From Selaginella moellendorffii (Eukaryota > Plantae > Lycopodiophyta): 63,659 nt of DNA. Shown one piece after another: positions 25,351 to 37,500 of the stretch (its first letter is position 1; each line of letters begins with the position of its first letter). Position numbers and translations under genes: made by a program. The stretch spans positions 64,597 to 128,255 of the forward strand of contig NW_003314431.1 in assembly GCF_000143415.4 (NCBI RefSeq). The letters are read 5' to 3'. The notes under the pieces are model-generated. The model was not told the DNA's origin. It worked only from the letters and a program-made list of their open reading frames with translations, and made no database searches.

Positions 25351-28202
25351 TTAGAGTTCATCGTGACTTGGTACTATTGCCCCTGCTCGCAAGGCATCCA
25401 GCTGAGCTTGTAATTCCTGGAGTACCAACGGTGATCTCCTCTTTGTTTTAAAATTTGGATTTCATACCTTCGCTCTCTCCTCGTAGCAAACAGCCGGTGT
25501 CCAGAAACTAGCAGCATACCTGCAAAGAAGAAAGCACGTACGAAAATTAGTGCGAGAGGAAGATGTTGCATACTCGCAGCGGCTTGGTTCTTCAATATCC
25601 GAGAGTTCTGACTTGAGCCCGCATCGCAACCTCACCTGGAAAGTAATCAACGAGCTAAACGAAACAAAGTAAAATAAGTATAAACTACTTACTTTTAAGC
25701 TTCGTTGCGGCCCATTCCAACAGTGATCTCCATTCTGGAACTTAATAGATTTGTAATCGTCCAGGAATCCCTCCCAGGACCTGTGTACAAAACTTGAATA
25801 TAAGAGAGAGTAAGCATGCAGAATCTTACGCACCCCAGCCGTGTTGATGAATGGCCTTCTTCCTGCGTTGAGTCCTTGTAAAGGCAGACCTTATACACGT
25901 ACCTGGTGCAAGATTTAAGCCAAGAAAAAGAAAAGAAAAGAAAAAAAGAGCGTACTTTTGTTGCCTCCTTTCGAAGCATTGATCGTAAAGAGAAAAGAAT
26001 TCTCCTTCTTTCCCTGAAAGTAGAAGGGGTTAGTAAGTTCGAGCAAGGAAGAAGCGGATTTTAGCCACCAAAATCTTGCTTGAGCTTCTTCTGGAGTTCG
26101 GAAATCTTCGACTGCAGGTCGTTCAGCTTGTTATTTGCTTGCCGGTACTCACTACGAATACGATCAGCCTCTGCAACGACACAAAACGTTTTACTGCAAC
26201 CAGTAAAAACAGGCTAAAATGCGAACCTGAAGCATCAACATGCATTCTCTTCAGACCCAATAGAGTCAATAAGGCCCGAGGAGCTTGGCGTAGCTTCTGC
26301 CACCATGAAGTATCGGCTTTCTCGGATGAATCTGGACACAAGAGTCACTAAGAGATATTTAAAAGCTAGAAGCTTTCATACCTGTGTAGTTATGGCTGTC
26401 GTATCCAAAATTGTCATAGTTATCGTCTTCGTCGTCGTCGTCGTGCCCGGAGTACACATCTTTGTCATCGTTGCCATCGTATTCTTCTTCAACTTTTTCT
26501 TCACCTTTATCTTCCCTTTCGGACGAAGGCCCACCGGTCCATCGAGAAGCAACACGCTTTCCCAGCTCTTCTTTCGACAGGCCGTCAGTGTCCTCTGATT
26601 CAGAGTCGTCGGCAGGCTCAAGCCCAGATTCCGTGTCGACTTCGACTTCGGTTGGAAGCTGAGGTTTACTTTCTAATTGCTCTGCTTCCGTTGAGACTCC
26701 AGGTGGTTCCAGTTCTGAATGTTCCGGTTCCGTTTCGACCTCGCTTGCAGCCGGAGGCTCAGGTTTGTGTTCTGTTTCTCCTTCCTGACACTGCGATATG
26801 GAAACAAGAATTTTGAAAAGAGAAGCTAAATACCTTTACTTGCTGAGATAATTCATTGTCAGCCTGTAAGCAACGAAGAAATCAACCTTTGGGCTCGACA
26901 ATACAGTAAATTACCTCGTGACTGTCTACATTTGTCACCACTTCTTGAACCTGCCAAACAGAAGATCAAGTCAGCGAGGAGAAAACTAGTTTTCTTTACC
27001 TCTTCGGGTACAATCTCTTCAGCTGCTGTTGTAGTGTCGTTCTTATTAGCTTCTTCTTTGGCTTTTCTCTCCTGCTCCTCTTTAGCTTTCTTCTCTCTTT
27101 CCAGTCTCTCTGCCTCCTCTACAGCTTCCAGTTCGACTGCGTGAATCTTGATTAGCACCATACTTGATAAATCTGACTCGATAATGCAATCTATCAGACA
27201 TTAATTTCACCGGGGCAACCTCCTTTTTTTCATGGAATTTTTCCTACACAGGCGATCGAAGCCCAGCCACCATAATAGTCCAGCCATCACAAAAATCTCG
27301 AGCACCAGGAACGCTCTGAAGTCTGTCAATGACAAACAGCCATCACTATGGTGCTAGCATGCAACTAAAAAACTTGGAGTGCCGAGAAGTTGACGACATA
27401 TAGAAACGACGTGCAAAAAGAAAATCACAAGATGTACCTTTTAGTTTCTGCGTGATCTCCTTGAGGCTCTTTTCCTCTTTTTTCAAAGAAGAAAGCTCCC
27501 CTTCTTGCTGCTTCCTCGCGTGCTTATAGTGACGGATATCTTTGGCACGAATTTTCGCTCCTTCCTTGTAGACTGATACTTTCTTCTCCAGTTTCTCCCT
27601 GGATTTCTTCCCTGATTCCCAGCAAGTGTCCGAGCAAGTCGTCCTTCCATTGTATTCGTCACTCCCGTCGCAACAATCTGCCAAAGGAGCCATCACGGTC
27701 CATCAATCCATCGTAAAGCTTTTACCGCAAATGCCATCGTTCACACGGGACGAAAACAAGAAGTGTGGGGAGTGTCCAGCGTTTCTGCAGTAAAATCTGC
27801 CTTCCGGACAAGCCGAAGTCCCTGTTCACGATAGAAAAGAAATTCTCAATTCCCTGAGCGTCGGAAACAAATAGAAGAACAAAACTACTCGCCTGGCTCA
27901 TCGGTTCCATCGGGACAATCGCAATAATTGTCATTAAGGCGAGATAATGCGAAGCTCTTGGATTTATCCTTGCACCATAGAGGCCCCCCACCCTGATAAT
28001 ATTTCAAATCTAGACAGACAAAGCCAAGCAATCACGCTCGATTCATCGCCCAGGAGCAAAACGCACCTTCAGGAGCAATGCCTCGCGCTTTCTCCGCAGG
28101 CAATGCATCGCCGGCGGCAAAAGAGCGCAGCAAAAACAGGGCGCAGATAGCGCAGATCAGGAAATCCCGGCGATAGAAACACGGATCCGCGGCGATGCGC
28201 AT
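25351..28202 (-). CDS. Glucosidase II beta subunit (PRKCSH/PSL4-like), multi-exon
   Basis: ATG at 28202 with hydrophobic signal peptide; LDLa-like DCCDGSDEY; coiled-coil and acidic segments; MRH domain ([21 protein letters not shown]); C-terminal HDEL then TAA at 25351-25353. Confidence 0.93.
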
Positions 28203-28361
28203 CCTTCCGCCCTGATCCTACATTCAGCGCGTCTCGCCCCGCAACAACCTAATCTAGAGAATCCTAGGGTTTAACAATCCTCGTGAGCGTACGGTTACTT
28301 TAGCTTTGAGCAGAATATTCACAGAATGTTTGTAGTACGGAGTCCTGAATATTCGACCAAG

Positions 28362-30647
28362 TCAACTCGTTGACGACAATGCCACGTAAGCGGCATCGTG
28401 CCGGGGATCAATGGCGATGGCGTTGACGGCCGCGTGCTTTGCTCGTCCGGCATCTCCCTGGATCTTGGAAGCTCCCAGCAGTGACATCCACACCACCGAG
28501 TTGCTATCCAGCGGCATCTTGGCGATAAACTCGTCGGCCTCTCCAAGCCTCCCAGCTCGTCCAAGAAGATCGATCACGCAGCCGAAGTGTTCTTCGCAAA
28601 TCTCCACTCTGTGATCCCAGACCATGCTGGAGAAGCACTGGATCCCCTCCCACAGCAGCCCCGAGTGGCTACACCCCGATAGAACGCTCAAGAACGTCGA
28701 GCTATTCGGCCTGGCTCCCTCGCTTTGCATCCGGTAGAAGTGACTGAGAGCTTCATCGCCCCTACCGTGACGAGCAAGAACTGTGACGAGAGTGTTCCAC
28801 GAGGAGACATCGTCCCGGCTCTGCCACCGATCAAACATCCACTGCGAGTGATCCAGTCCCCCGGCCTTGCTATACATGTTGAGCAGCGCGGTCTCGAGCA
28901 TGGAGTCGAGCGGCACGCCGCTCTCGAGAACGTAGCCGTGGATCGTCTTCCCTGTGGCCAGGCTCGTTCCGGTAGCGTTGAGGATTGTGACGAACGTAAG
29001 CTTGTCCGGTTTGATGCCTTCGTGTTGCATGCGTTGGAAGACGAGCATGCTGCTGTGATCGTCGTGGACGCAGGCGCTGATCATCGCGTTCCAGGTGACC
29101 AAGCTCCGCTGCTTCATCCTGTCAAACACTGCTCGCGAGTCATCCACACTGCCAGCCTTTCCATAGAAGTTTACCAGCGCCGTCCCCAAGAACACGTCCT
29201 CCGTGAGACCGCTCTTGATCATCCTGGCGTGGATTTCTCTGCCGCGAGAGAGGAACTCTGGGCTGCAGCAGGCATTAAGAATCGTTAGAAAGCTCACCGA
29301 GTCAGGACTTACACCATCGGTCTGCATACCCTGGAAGAGCTCCAGCGCTTGCTTGCTATGACCAGCTTGGGCATACGCCGTGATCATCGCGTTCCAGAGA
29401 ACCACGTCTTTCGGACTGCATCGCTCGAAGATCTCGGCTGCCTCGCAAACGCTTCCAATCCGGCTGTACATCTCGACCAGTGCAGTCGACACGAGAATGC
29501 TGCCGAGAAATCCAGCTTCGACGGCCAAACTATGGAGAAGCTTGCCGTGTGCCGGGAGATTCGACGAGGCGGCGAGAGCTGCCAGAAAAGTAGCCTCGCT
29601 GGGCTTGATGCCTTCCACTTGCATCGCCCAGAAGACCCCGAATGCTTGCTCGAATCGCTCGTTGTGAGCCAGCGCTGCCACCATCGCGTTCCAAGTGATC
29701 ATGTTTCTCTGCCGCATTGCCGAGAAGATTTCCAGCGCGCGATCTGGGCAGCCAAGTTTGCCATACATGTTGAGTAAGGCGGTGGCGACGATCACATCGC
29801 CCAGGTGGCCGCTCTCACAGACTCTGTCGTGGATCTGGATCCCTTCGCAAACATCCGTGCAGGCGCTTAGCACCGCCACGAATGTAGTGCCGCTCGGAAC
29901 AACAGGCTCGAGAAGCATCTCCCGCAAGAGCCCAATCGCCTCTCTGCAGTGCCCGTTCTTGGCAAATGCTGCTATCATCGCGTTCCAAGGGATGGCATTC
30001 GATCTGGGCATCTGCTCAAAGATCGATCTTGCCAGATCGATCTTCCCCGATCCTCCATACATGTTGATAAGCGCCGTTCCCACGAAAGGATTGGAAGAGA
30101 TCAACCCGAGCTCCACGACACGTTCGTGCAAATTCCTGCCCTCTCCAAGAAAGAAATCCCCGCCGCTAGAACAGGCATTGACCATCGTCACCAGCGTCAC
30201 TTGATCGGGAGGAACGCCTTCTAGCTGCATCTTCCGGAAAAGATGAAAGGCCGCGGCATAATGTCCGCTGTGGGCGTGAGCCGACGCCATAGCCGTCCAG
30301 AGAACGGCATCCTTGACACGGATCTCCTCGAAGAGCGCCCGAGCTTCTGCCAGATTTCCACACCGGACATACATATTTACCATGAGATTCGCCACGGCAA
30401 CATCGCCGCCGAGCCCGATCCGCTCGACGAGCGCACGGATCCTCCTGCATTGCCAAGAACCCGCCCTAAGATCCCCACACGCTCCAACGATCGCGATCGC
30501 CGCGCCGCGCCGCGCCGCCGGCGAACTGCCGGGATCAAAATCCCCGCTATCGAGAGAATCCAACACGCGCTGGAGCTCTTGGATCGTCCAGATGGAAGGA
30601 AGAAGAGCGCCGAGAGAGGAAAATGCCCTTGTTCTAACAAAGCTCAT
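28362..30647 (-). CDS. PLS-class pentatricopeptide repeat protein with E-type C-terminus (no DYW), intronless
   Basis: 761 aa with repeated VxWNAMI / ALLNMY P-L-S triplets; HFGCVIDLLGRAGRL...WMSLLGA E domain. Confidence 0.93.
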   Translation of the reverse strand: MSFVRTRAFSSLGALLPSIWTIQELQRVLDSLDSGDFDPGSSPAARRGAAIAIVGACGDLRAGSWQCRRIRALVERIGLGGDVAVANLMVNMYVRCGNLAEARALFEEIRVKDAVLWTAMASAHAHSGHYAAAFHLFRKMQLEGVPPDQVTLVTMVNACSSGGDFFLGEGRNLHERVVELGLISSNPFVGTALINMYGGSGKIDLARSIFEQMPRSNAIPWNAMIAAFAKNGHCREAIGLLREMLLEPVVPSGTTFVAVLSACTDVCEGIQIHDRVCESGHLGDVIVATALLNMYGKLGCPDRALEIFSAMRQRNMITWNAMVAALAHNERFEQAFGVFWAMQVEGIKPSEATFLAALAASSNLPAHGKLLHSLAVEAGFLGSILVSTALVEMYSRIGSVCEAAEIFERCSPKDVVLWNAMITAYAQAGHSKQALELFQGMQTDGVSPDSVSFLTILNACCSPEFLSRGREIHARMIKSGLTEDVFLGTALVNFYGKAGSVDDSRAVFDRMKQRSLVTWNAMISACVHDDHSSMLVFQRMQHEGIKPDKLTFVTILNATGTSLATGKTIHGYVLESGVPLDSMLETALLNMYSKAGGLDHSQWMFDRWQSRDDVSSWNTLVTVLARHGRGDEALSHFYRMQSEGARPNSSTFLSVLSGCSHSGLLWEGIQCFSSMVWDHRVEICEEHFGCVIDLLGRAGRLGEADEFIAKMPLDSNSVVWMSLLGASKIQGDAGRAKHAAVNAIAIDPRHDAAYVALSSTS

Positions 30648-30691
30648 GAATATTCTCTTTTCAAAAAGAAAAGTAAGGCATAAAAACTATT

Positions 30692-30775
30692 TGCTGGCTG
30701 TGGGGTTCGAACCCACGCGCATTGGAATGCAGGTGATCTTAAGTCACCCCCCTTAGACCACTCGGGCAAACCAGC
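30692..30775 (-). tRNA. tRNA-Leu(TAA)
   Basis: Reverse complement GCTGGTTTGCCCGAGTGGTCTAAGG...GGTGA-CT-TAA-GA-TCACC, long variable arm, GGTTCGAACC, ACAGCCAGCA; T5 terminator at 30682-30686. Confidence 0.95.
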
Positions 30776-30854
30776 TCACCACATTAAAATTTTACAAGAT
30801 AGAGATTTTATAGTAACAATTCAATATAAATTACACTTAGTGATAAGAAATCTC

Positions 30855-32174
30855 TCAATATCTAATGGTGGAGTGGCGCAGCCATAGCTCGTACATAACC
30901 ATATGGAACGTATCATACTTGATCGGTGGAGAGTGCCACTCAAAGTGGGCTTGAGCCTGTGAAAACCATCGATCGATTATCAAATTCGAGAGAGCGCGAG
31001 GAGAGCTTTCGATGCGTACCTGGAGAAGATTTCTGTGCAGTGTTGCGTATGGAGCCAACTCAAGAGCATCTTTCAGCGTGCCGGCGTCTTGCTCGGGTAG
31101 AATCACAGCGAACTTTCTCCAGTCGAGCACGTCGTTGAAGGGAAGATCATAGTGATCCGAGAGAATCACTGCGGCAAAAGCACGATCATCCCGGGTGAGA
31201 TCTTAACTTGACGATAGGACTTGCCTGGAACACAGCCGAAATGGATCGATTCGACTATCCTGGCAGTGCTCACGCGCGTTCCGCTCGGGCAAATGCAAAA
31301 CTTGCTACGGTAGAACTGTTGCATCCCGACGTGTTTCGTGCTGATCACCATATCCGAGTCTTCCTGCCATGTTTTTGTCAGAAGGATCCTGGTTTTGGAG
31401 TTCGCAGGACCGGCCCAAAAGCCAAGAGTCTCTCTGGCACATAGCTCTTTCGTGAGAACTTCTACTGGAGAATCGAGAAGTGTAGTAGAGCGTACCTCTT
31501 TTCAGTGTCATCTCCACCTCTCGGCGAAGGAAATGGCTGTAAGATCTGTGGCAAGGCCACGTCTTTGTGAGGAATGAAAGGCCCGCTATAGCTCGAAGCG
31601 CAAACCACCCGGATGGAGTTCTTCACGAGATGAGCGACTTTGCTCGTCGCTCGCGTCCCAATCTCATGACAAGTCACGAAGAAATGGTCCGCTCCCATGG
31701 TCCGGTTCCAGTATGGGAATTTCGCAATCACGCTCTCCACGAAGCTCGCGACGTTGTCAGAGATTTCGTCGTGATCTAAGCCCTTGAAGGAAGAACACGG
31801 TCATTCAATCACGCGAAGATCGAGAAAAACGCTTGAAATTTTCTTCTTACCTCCTCTTTCAATCGCGCACAGGAGATTGGGACAAAGAAGAGCTGCGCCT
31901 CCTCCGGATCTGTGGTGACAAAGCGGCTCTCCATGAGATTCCGGAAGAAATATCCCTCGCTCGCGTATTTCCCCGCGAGCTTGGTGTAGACAACCGGATC
32001 GGGATAGACGAAAACCTTGAGCTGCTGCTCCATCTGCTCGTAATCCTCCTGGAAAACATCCGCGACATGGAAGATTTCAGTGCCGAGCTCCGCAACGCCT
32101 GCATTGCTCGCCACTGCGATTGCAAATGCCAATGCGGCCAAGACGCGCGCCATGCCGGAAGATCTGTAGCTCAT
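30855..32174 (-). CDS. Exostosin family (GT47) glycosyltransferase, multi-exon
   Basis: N-terminal hydrophobic anchor; LKVFVYP, GKYASEGYFF, PYWNRTMGADHFFVTCH, SKFCICPSG, RIVESIHFGCVP, YDLPFNDVLDW, MYELWLR. Confidence 0.93.
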
Positions 32175-32302
32175 TCCAGATCGCTGGGACTAAAAAAACC
32201 CTACCTACATAGCTAGAGAGTCCAGTGGCGATGTAATGTGCTACCAAAGAGCTTTAACTTTCCCATCCTTTCCAAGAACCCTAATTTACAAGATCACTTC
32301 TT

Positions 32303-32749
32303 CTACTCTACTTGGATTGTTCTTGGCTGTGGCTTCGGGGTCTTTGGAACTGTGATGCTAAGGACGCCATTCTCCACTTGGGCTTTGATCGCATCCACAT
32401 TGGCGCTCTCGGGCAGCCGGAATTTCCTCAAGAAGCTCCCATAGCTGCGCTCCACGCGGTGCCACTTATCGCTCTTCTGTGCCTCGTGCTTCTTCCTCTC
32501 GCCACTGATCTGGAGAGTGCGGCCATCCTCCACGCTGATCTTCACCTCCTCCTTGCTCAGCCCCGGGAGATCGGCCTTGAAGACGTGCGCTTCGGGCGTC
32601 TCGAGCCAATCCACGCGAGTGTTGGCGACGGCGCTCGCGTCCCTGGCCATCTGCTTGGACTGATCATTGCCACAAGCCAAGATCGATGAGAGCTCCGCGA
32701 AGGGATCGAAGATGCTGCTGCCATTGCCACCATAGAAGTGCAAAGCCAT
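32303..32749 (-). CDS. Cytosolic class I small heat-shock protein (HSP17-type), copy 1
   Basis: [44 protein letters not shown]-terminal IQV motif. Confidence 0.97.
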   Translation of the reverse strand: MALHFYGGNGSSIFDPFAELSSILACGNDQSKQMARDASAVANTRVDWLETPEAHVFKADLPGLSKEEVKISVEDGRTLQISGERKKHEAQKSDKWHRVERSYGSFLRKFRLPESANVDAIKAQVENGVLSITVPKTPKPQPRTIQVE

Positions 32750-32824
32750 TGTTGGAACTTAGAAGAAGAAGAGATTTGTAACTGTGAGAAACGTTGATCG
32801 ATGCGTGGGACTCGAGGCTGCTCC

Positions 32825-32890
32825 TTTTTTATACATGGACAAAACATTCGAGAATATTCTAGAACCAACAGATTCGAGAAGATTCTAGAT
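32825..32890 (-). promoter_or_regulatory. TATA box plus heat-shock element array of sHSP copy 1
   Basis: TATAAAAA on the minus strand at ~32825-32832; alternating nGAAn/nTTCn in TTCGAGAATATTCTAGAA and TTCGAGAAGATTCTAGA. Confidence 0.9.
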
Positions 32891-32940
32891 TTGAAATTTC
32901 CAACGGCTGGGATTAAGTTTCCGATCTCGAATCTTTCCAT

Positions 32941-33696
32941 ATGGACCAGGTTTTATCGCGACAACGCTGGAGTACTGTATTACCTTTGAAAGTTCCCGAA
33001 TTATTCAAAAGAGCTCTTTCATTTATGGGCAGCAACATCAACAGGCTTGCTCCTAGTCAAAACCTTGATCATCACCAATCCCCTCACTCACCACTGGACT
33101 CTACTTCCACCACTGGAGGAATCAGCCGCTTCCCAGACTCGAGCTTCTAGGTGTTCTATGGTTCCATGAAGGGAATGGTCATTTTTTACAGGTTGGAGCT
33201 CCATGCCTTGTTGTGGTGCAGCAGCCTGGGAGAGCTGGGCAGTAAGACATTGGAGCTGATCAGGTGTTGGCATCGTTTTCCTGGGTTAGATTTTGCAGCG
33301 ATGAAAATCATATTTTCCAAGATCAATTTTTATAAGGTAGTCTAATCACGGCTTGGTGGATGGAATAACCTGCCACCAGGAACTCACTACCTCAAGCTCG
33401 GCTACACATATCCCCGCCCAGTTGTCTGTGGTGGACGAAACCTCCTCCCGTGCATGCAAACGCTGAGCGGTGGAGATGGAGGAGTGACGAAAACCCCAGC
33501 TTGGACTAGAGGTTGGGACAGTGGCAACTGGCAATGCCTGGTTTCTCGGGAGATCGTTCCCAAGGATGGCATCGGAGTGTTTTATTACTGCCGGACTCCA
33601 AGCAGAGGTCCTTCTCAGATGACCATCTTGGACACCATACCCTTCATGTTCTCGTTGCTCAGGTTTGTGATCTTTATCCATTTCTTCTTGGCATGA
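32941..33696 (+). pseudogene. F-box protein pseudogene (F-box associated domain relic)
   Basis: Frameshifted peptides MDQVLSR..RWSTVL, GLLLVKTLIITNPLTHHWTLLPPL and PRPVVCGGRNLL resemble plant F-box protein motifs (NPLTxxWxxLPP); in-frame stops present. Confidence 0.55.
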
Positions 33697-33921
33697 TTTT
33701 TTTTTTGTGTTTGTTTGTGTCTCGATTGGTGAGCACTGTTGTTCGCTAGCCAAACGACGACCCATTTCCTCCAAAGAAGTTCGGTCACGTCCCCTCCTGG
33801 ATCTGCACAGCACCTTAGCAACTTCCTCGTTCATTTTGCTGCTACATTTGTGTTTTACATATATGAAGAACACCTGAACTGAAACCCTAACCTATATGTT
33901 AGTGGCGTGTGATGTTTTGCT

Positions 33922-33992
33922 CGAATCGTGTTGGGCATGTCGAGCCAATCCATGCGAGTGTGCTCACGTCCCTGGCCATCTGGCTTGTTGCC
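33922..33992 (-). pseudogene. sHSP gene fragment
   Basis: tcgagccaatccatgcgagtgt...cgtccctggccatctg matches 32601-32652 of sHSP copy 1 with a deletion. Confidence 0.7.
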
Positions 33993-34502
33993 AGAGATTT
34001 GCAGCTCTATCAATTTGCTAGAAACGTTGACTTTTATAATTGAGAGAAATATCATGCTCATCAGTTTTGCTCCACGATGTTGATACAGAATTGGCCGCAC
34101 TATACTTGCTTACTGTGCAGCTGTGCTTGAAGGAGAGCGAAAGGAAATTTTGAGACAAACTTGTTAGAAGTTTCTCTTCTCAGAATTTGGAAACCCAGTA
34201 GGGGTCTTTGCACCATGTACTTCCAGAAAATCAACATTTGTGGAGGTCTAAGGATGCCATGCTGATCAATGCTCAGCAGTGTGTGATTTCTCCTTGTCCG
34301 GAAAAGAGAGATTTGATTAACCTGGACTTTTCCCAACCTTCAGAGAACTTTGCTTTTTGCCCAAGTCAAAGTGATGAAATTTGCTTCAAATCCAATGGTC
34401 AATTATCTCACTTTAACAAAAGCAAATAAAATGGTGTGAAATGGTGGTATATTTTAGAATATATTTAGATATATTGAGATATTTTACCATCTAAATTTTC
34501 AG

Positions 34503-37500
34503 AAAATGTGCATATCAATTAGCCCAAAAATCTTAGCTTATATACAAGAGTGAGTGGTCCGAATTGAAACCAATCCGACAACTACAAAAATCCCACTATG
34601 CTAGTATTAATATACGGCATCGTAGCCATACACTTAGCCCTCACATCATCCCCTCCTCTCAGAATAATAGAAGGCTATCAGGGTTCTCTTGTAGATGGGC
34701 TGGGATCTAGAGGAATGTCAGGAGGAGGTATCGGTGGATCTATAGGTGGTATTAACTGCTCCTGATCCCTCTGTATGAAGCGTTTTAACTAGTGCACATG
34801 CACAATCTTTGGAGGATCAGCCTACTGGACGTCATGCCAAACCTCATATACTTGTGGTCCAACTTACCACAAAACCTGATACGGTCCTTTCCACTGTGCA
34901 AGGAGCCTCTTAGATAAACCACGTACCATAAGATGGGCAAAACGGACTAACCCCAAATCATCCACTTTGTACTCTATAGGTGGATGATGATGGGACTTGT
35001 AGCACCATTGTTGTCCCACTTGTATGCGGCATAAGCATTCGGTAGACTCTGCTCGGACAAGTGGAAGAATGCTTGTCAAATATTGATCCCATGACTTAGC
35101 ATCGGGAGCTCGTGGCAATCGCGAAGGTAAACCCAACTCCGTTGGTAATATTGGATCATGACTATATAAGAGTTTATATGGTGAAGCACCAACAAAACTC
35201 TACACCCCTATGACATAGGCATACCGAAGAGATAGCAAATAAGTATCTCAATCCGAATGCTGAAAGTTCATATACTTCGCAATCATCCCTTTGAATGTCC
35301 GAATGAGCTGTTCCACTAAACCGTTTGATTGTGGATAATAAGCACTCGTGAAAGTGTGGTGTATCCCCAACCGAGACATCAAAACATGAAATACCTCAGC
35401 CATAAATGCGAGACCATTATCTGAAAGAATCCGCTCTAGACAAGAATGCTGGAACACCACTCGATTGAGGAGGAAGTATCCAACAGCAGTTGTAGAGGCG
35501 CTAGCAAAAACACCAACTTCCACCCAACAAGTTAAGTAGTCAAAAACAATAATAATATACTTATTGCCAGCAGTCGACCGTGGAAAAGGTCCCATAAGAT
35601 CAAACGCCACCAACTTAAACAAACGTGAAACTGCAATTGATTCCAACTGTCCTTCTGCAGCACGAGGGGGGGGGGGGGGTATTACGAGCTTTGCACCAAA
35701 CATAGCTACGCACATATTGGATAATATCACATCGCATCTCCAGCCAATAGAAAGACCTGCATAGCTTCTCGGTCACACGACGATGTCCCATATGCCCACC
35801 TCAAATAGGAGAATCATGGTAGGCATGGAGAAACTGTGGGATAAAAACAAAAGGCACCACCAGCCATAAATGATCATCAGGATCCGTCCCTACAAAATAA
35901 AGAAGGCCATCTTCAAGGCAATATTGAGAATGTAAATGCCAAAAAGGCAAGACATCAGCAAGTGATGCAAGATTCTTAAACACATCTTGAAGCCTTCGAA
36001 TCCATGGCTCAATCTTTTGAGCCTCGCGAACCTCATCAAGAGAAGGTAGATCTTGCTCTACGCCTTGTGAACACTGAACGTCAAATACAGCAACCGCCGA
36101 CAGCACAAAATCCTTTTTAGAAAATCCACAGATGCTAGAACAACAGGCTTGTCAGAAATATGAGAAGAGATTGGAGAAGGAAGAGGAGCTCAAGAAAGGG
36201 CATCAACATCTGCCATAGAACTCCTTGAGCGATGAACAACATCATAATCATATATTTGAAGCCCACCGAGCAGTACGACCAACCAAGTTTTTCCACTTCA
36301 ATAATGAAGTAATAGCAGCATGGTCACCTTCAAGTAATGTCCGAGAACCATATAGATATGCATGAAGTTTCTCGAAACCCCAAACTACCGCTAAACATTC
36401 CTTCTCTATCGTGGAGTAGTTCACCTCTGCTGGTTGTAACATACGGCTTATATATGCAATGGGATGATGTTGACCAAGCACACTTGGGCTTTCTTGCATC
36501 AACACACCTCCAAGACCAATATCAGAAGCATCTACGTGCAAAATAAAAGGTCGAATGTAGTCAGGATATGCCAAAACCGGAGGAGTCATCAACAGCTCTT
36601 TGAGATCCACAAACACCCACTCACAATCTAAAAACCAGATGAAAGATGACGTTGATGACTTCAACAATGCTTGCAATGGTGCAGTGTGATCAGAAAGATA
36701 ATCCACAAAACGATCGAGATACTGCACTTTGCCTAGGAAGCGCTGCACATCATTCACACACTTCAGAGTAGGGAACTTTAGAACAGCCACAAGTTTGTTA
36801 GGATCAACTTGCAAACCCTCACGAGAAATACAGTACCCAAGATAAATCGTGTCCTTGGACCCAAACACGCATTTCGGCCCCTTCAGCTTTAAACAAACGT
36901 CCCGTAGCTGATCCAACACTTTACACACATCATGAATGTGCTCCTCCCACGTCCCCTCCGAGTGAATCAAGACATCATCAATGAAGTCAGCAGTCACCTT
37001 TGGCATATCACAAAGAACCTCGTCTATCATCCGCTAGAAAGTTGCTGGAGCATTGTTCAAACCAAACGGCATCACCAAGAACTCGTACAAACCAAACGGT
37101 GTACGAAATGCAGTCTTAGGAATATCTTCTTCGGCCATCGATACTTGCCAATACCCAGAAGCAAGATCTAGCTTGGTGAACCAACGACTTCACCCCAGAC
37201 AATCCAAAAGATCAGTAGTGTGAGGAAGAGGGTACACATCTAGGATCGTAACTTCGTTTAACGGATGATAGTCGATGCAAAAACGAATACTCCCATCAGG
37301 CTTTGTCACAAGATGAGGTTCACATGCCCAAGGACTCCGCAACTTTCGAAAAACACCCTTCTCCAACATCTCCTTAGGTGACTGATAATGAACAAGAACC
37401 TTGACTGGATGAGCATCCCCGGTTGGAATCAGATGACATATGGCAATCTTGGCCCCAAATGATAGATCAAATTTAAAGAGATCAGAATACTCCTTCATGA

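Noticed and set aside
33346-33873. 175-aa minus-strand ORF as a gene
   Set aside because: No recognisable motifs; it is antisense to the F-box-like relic.
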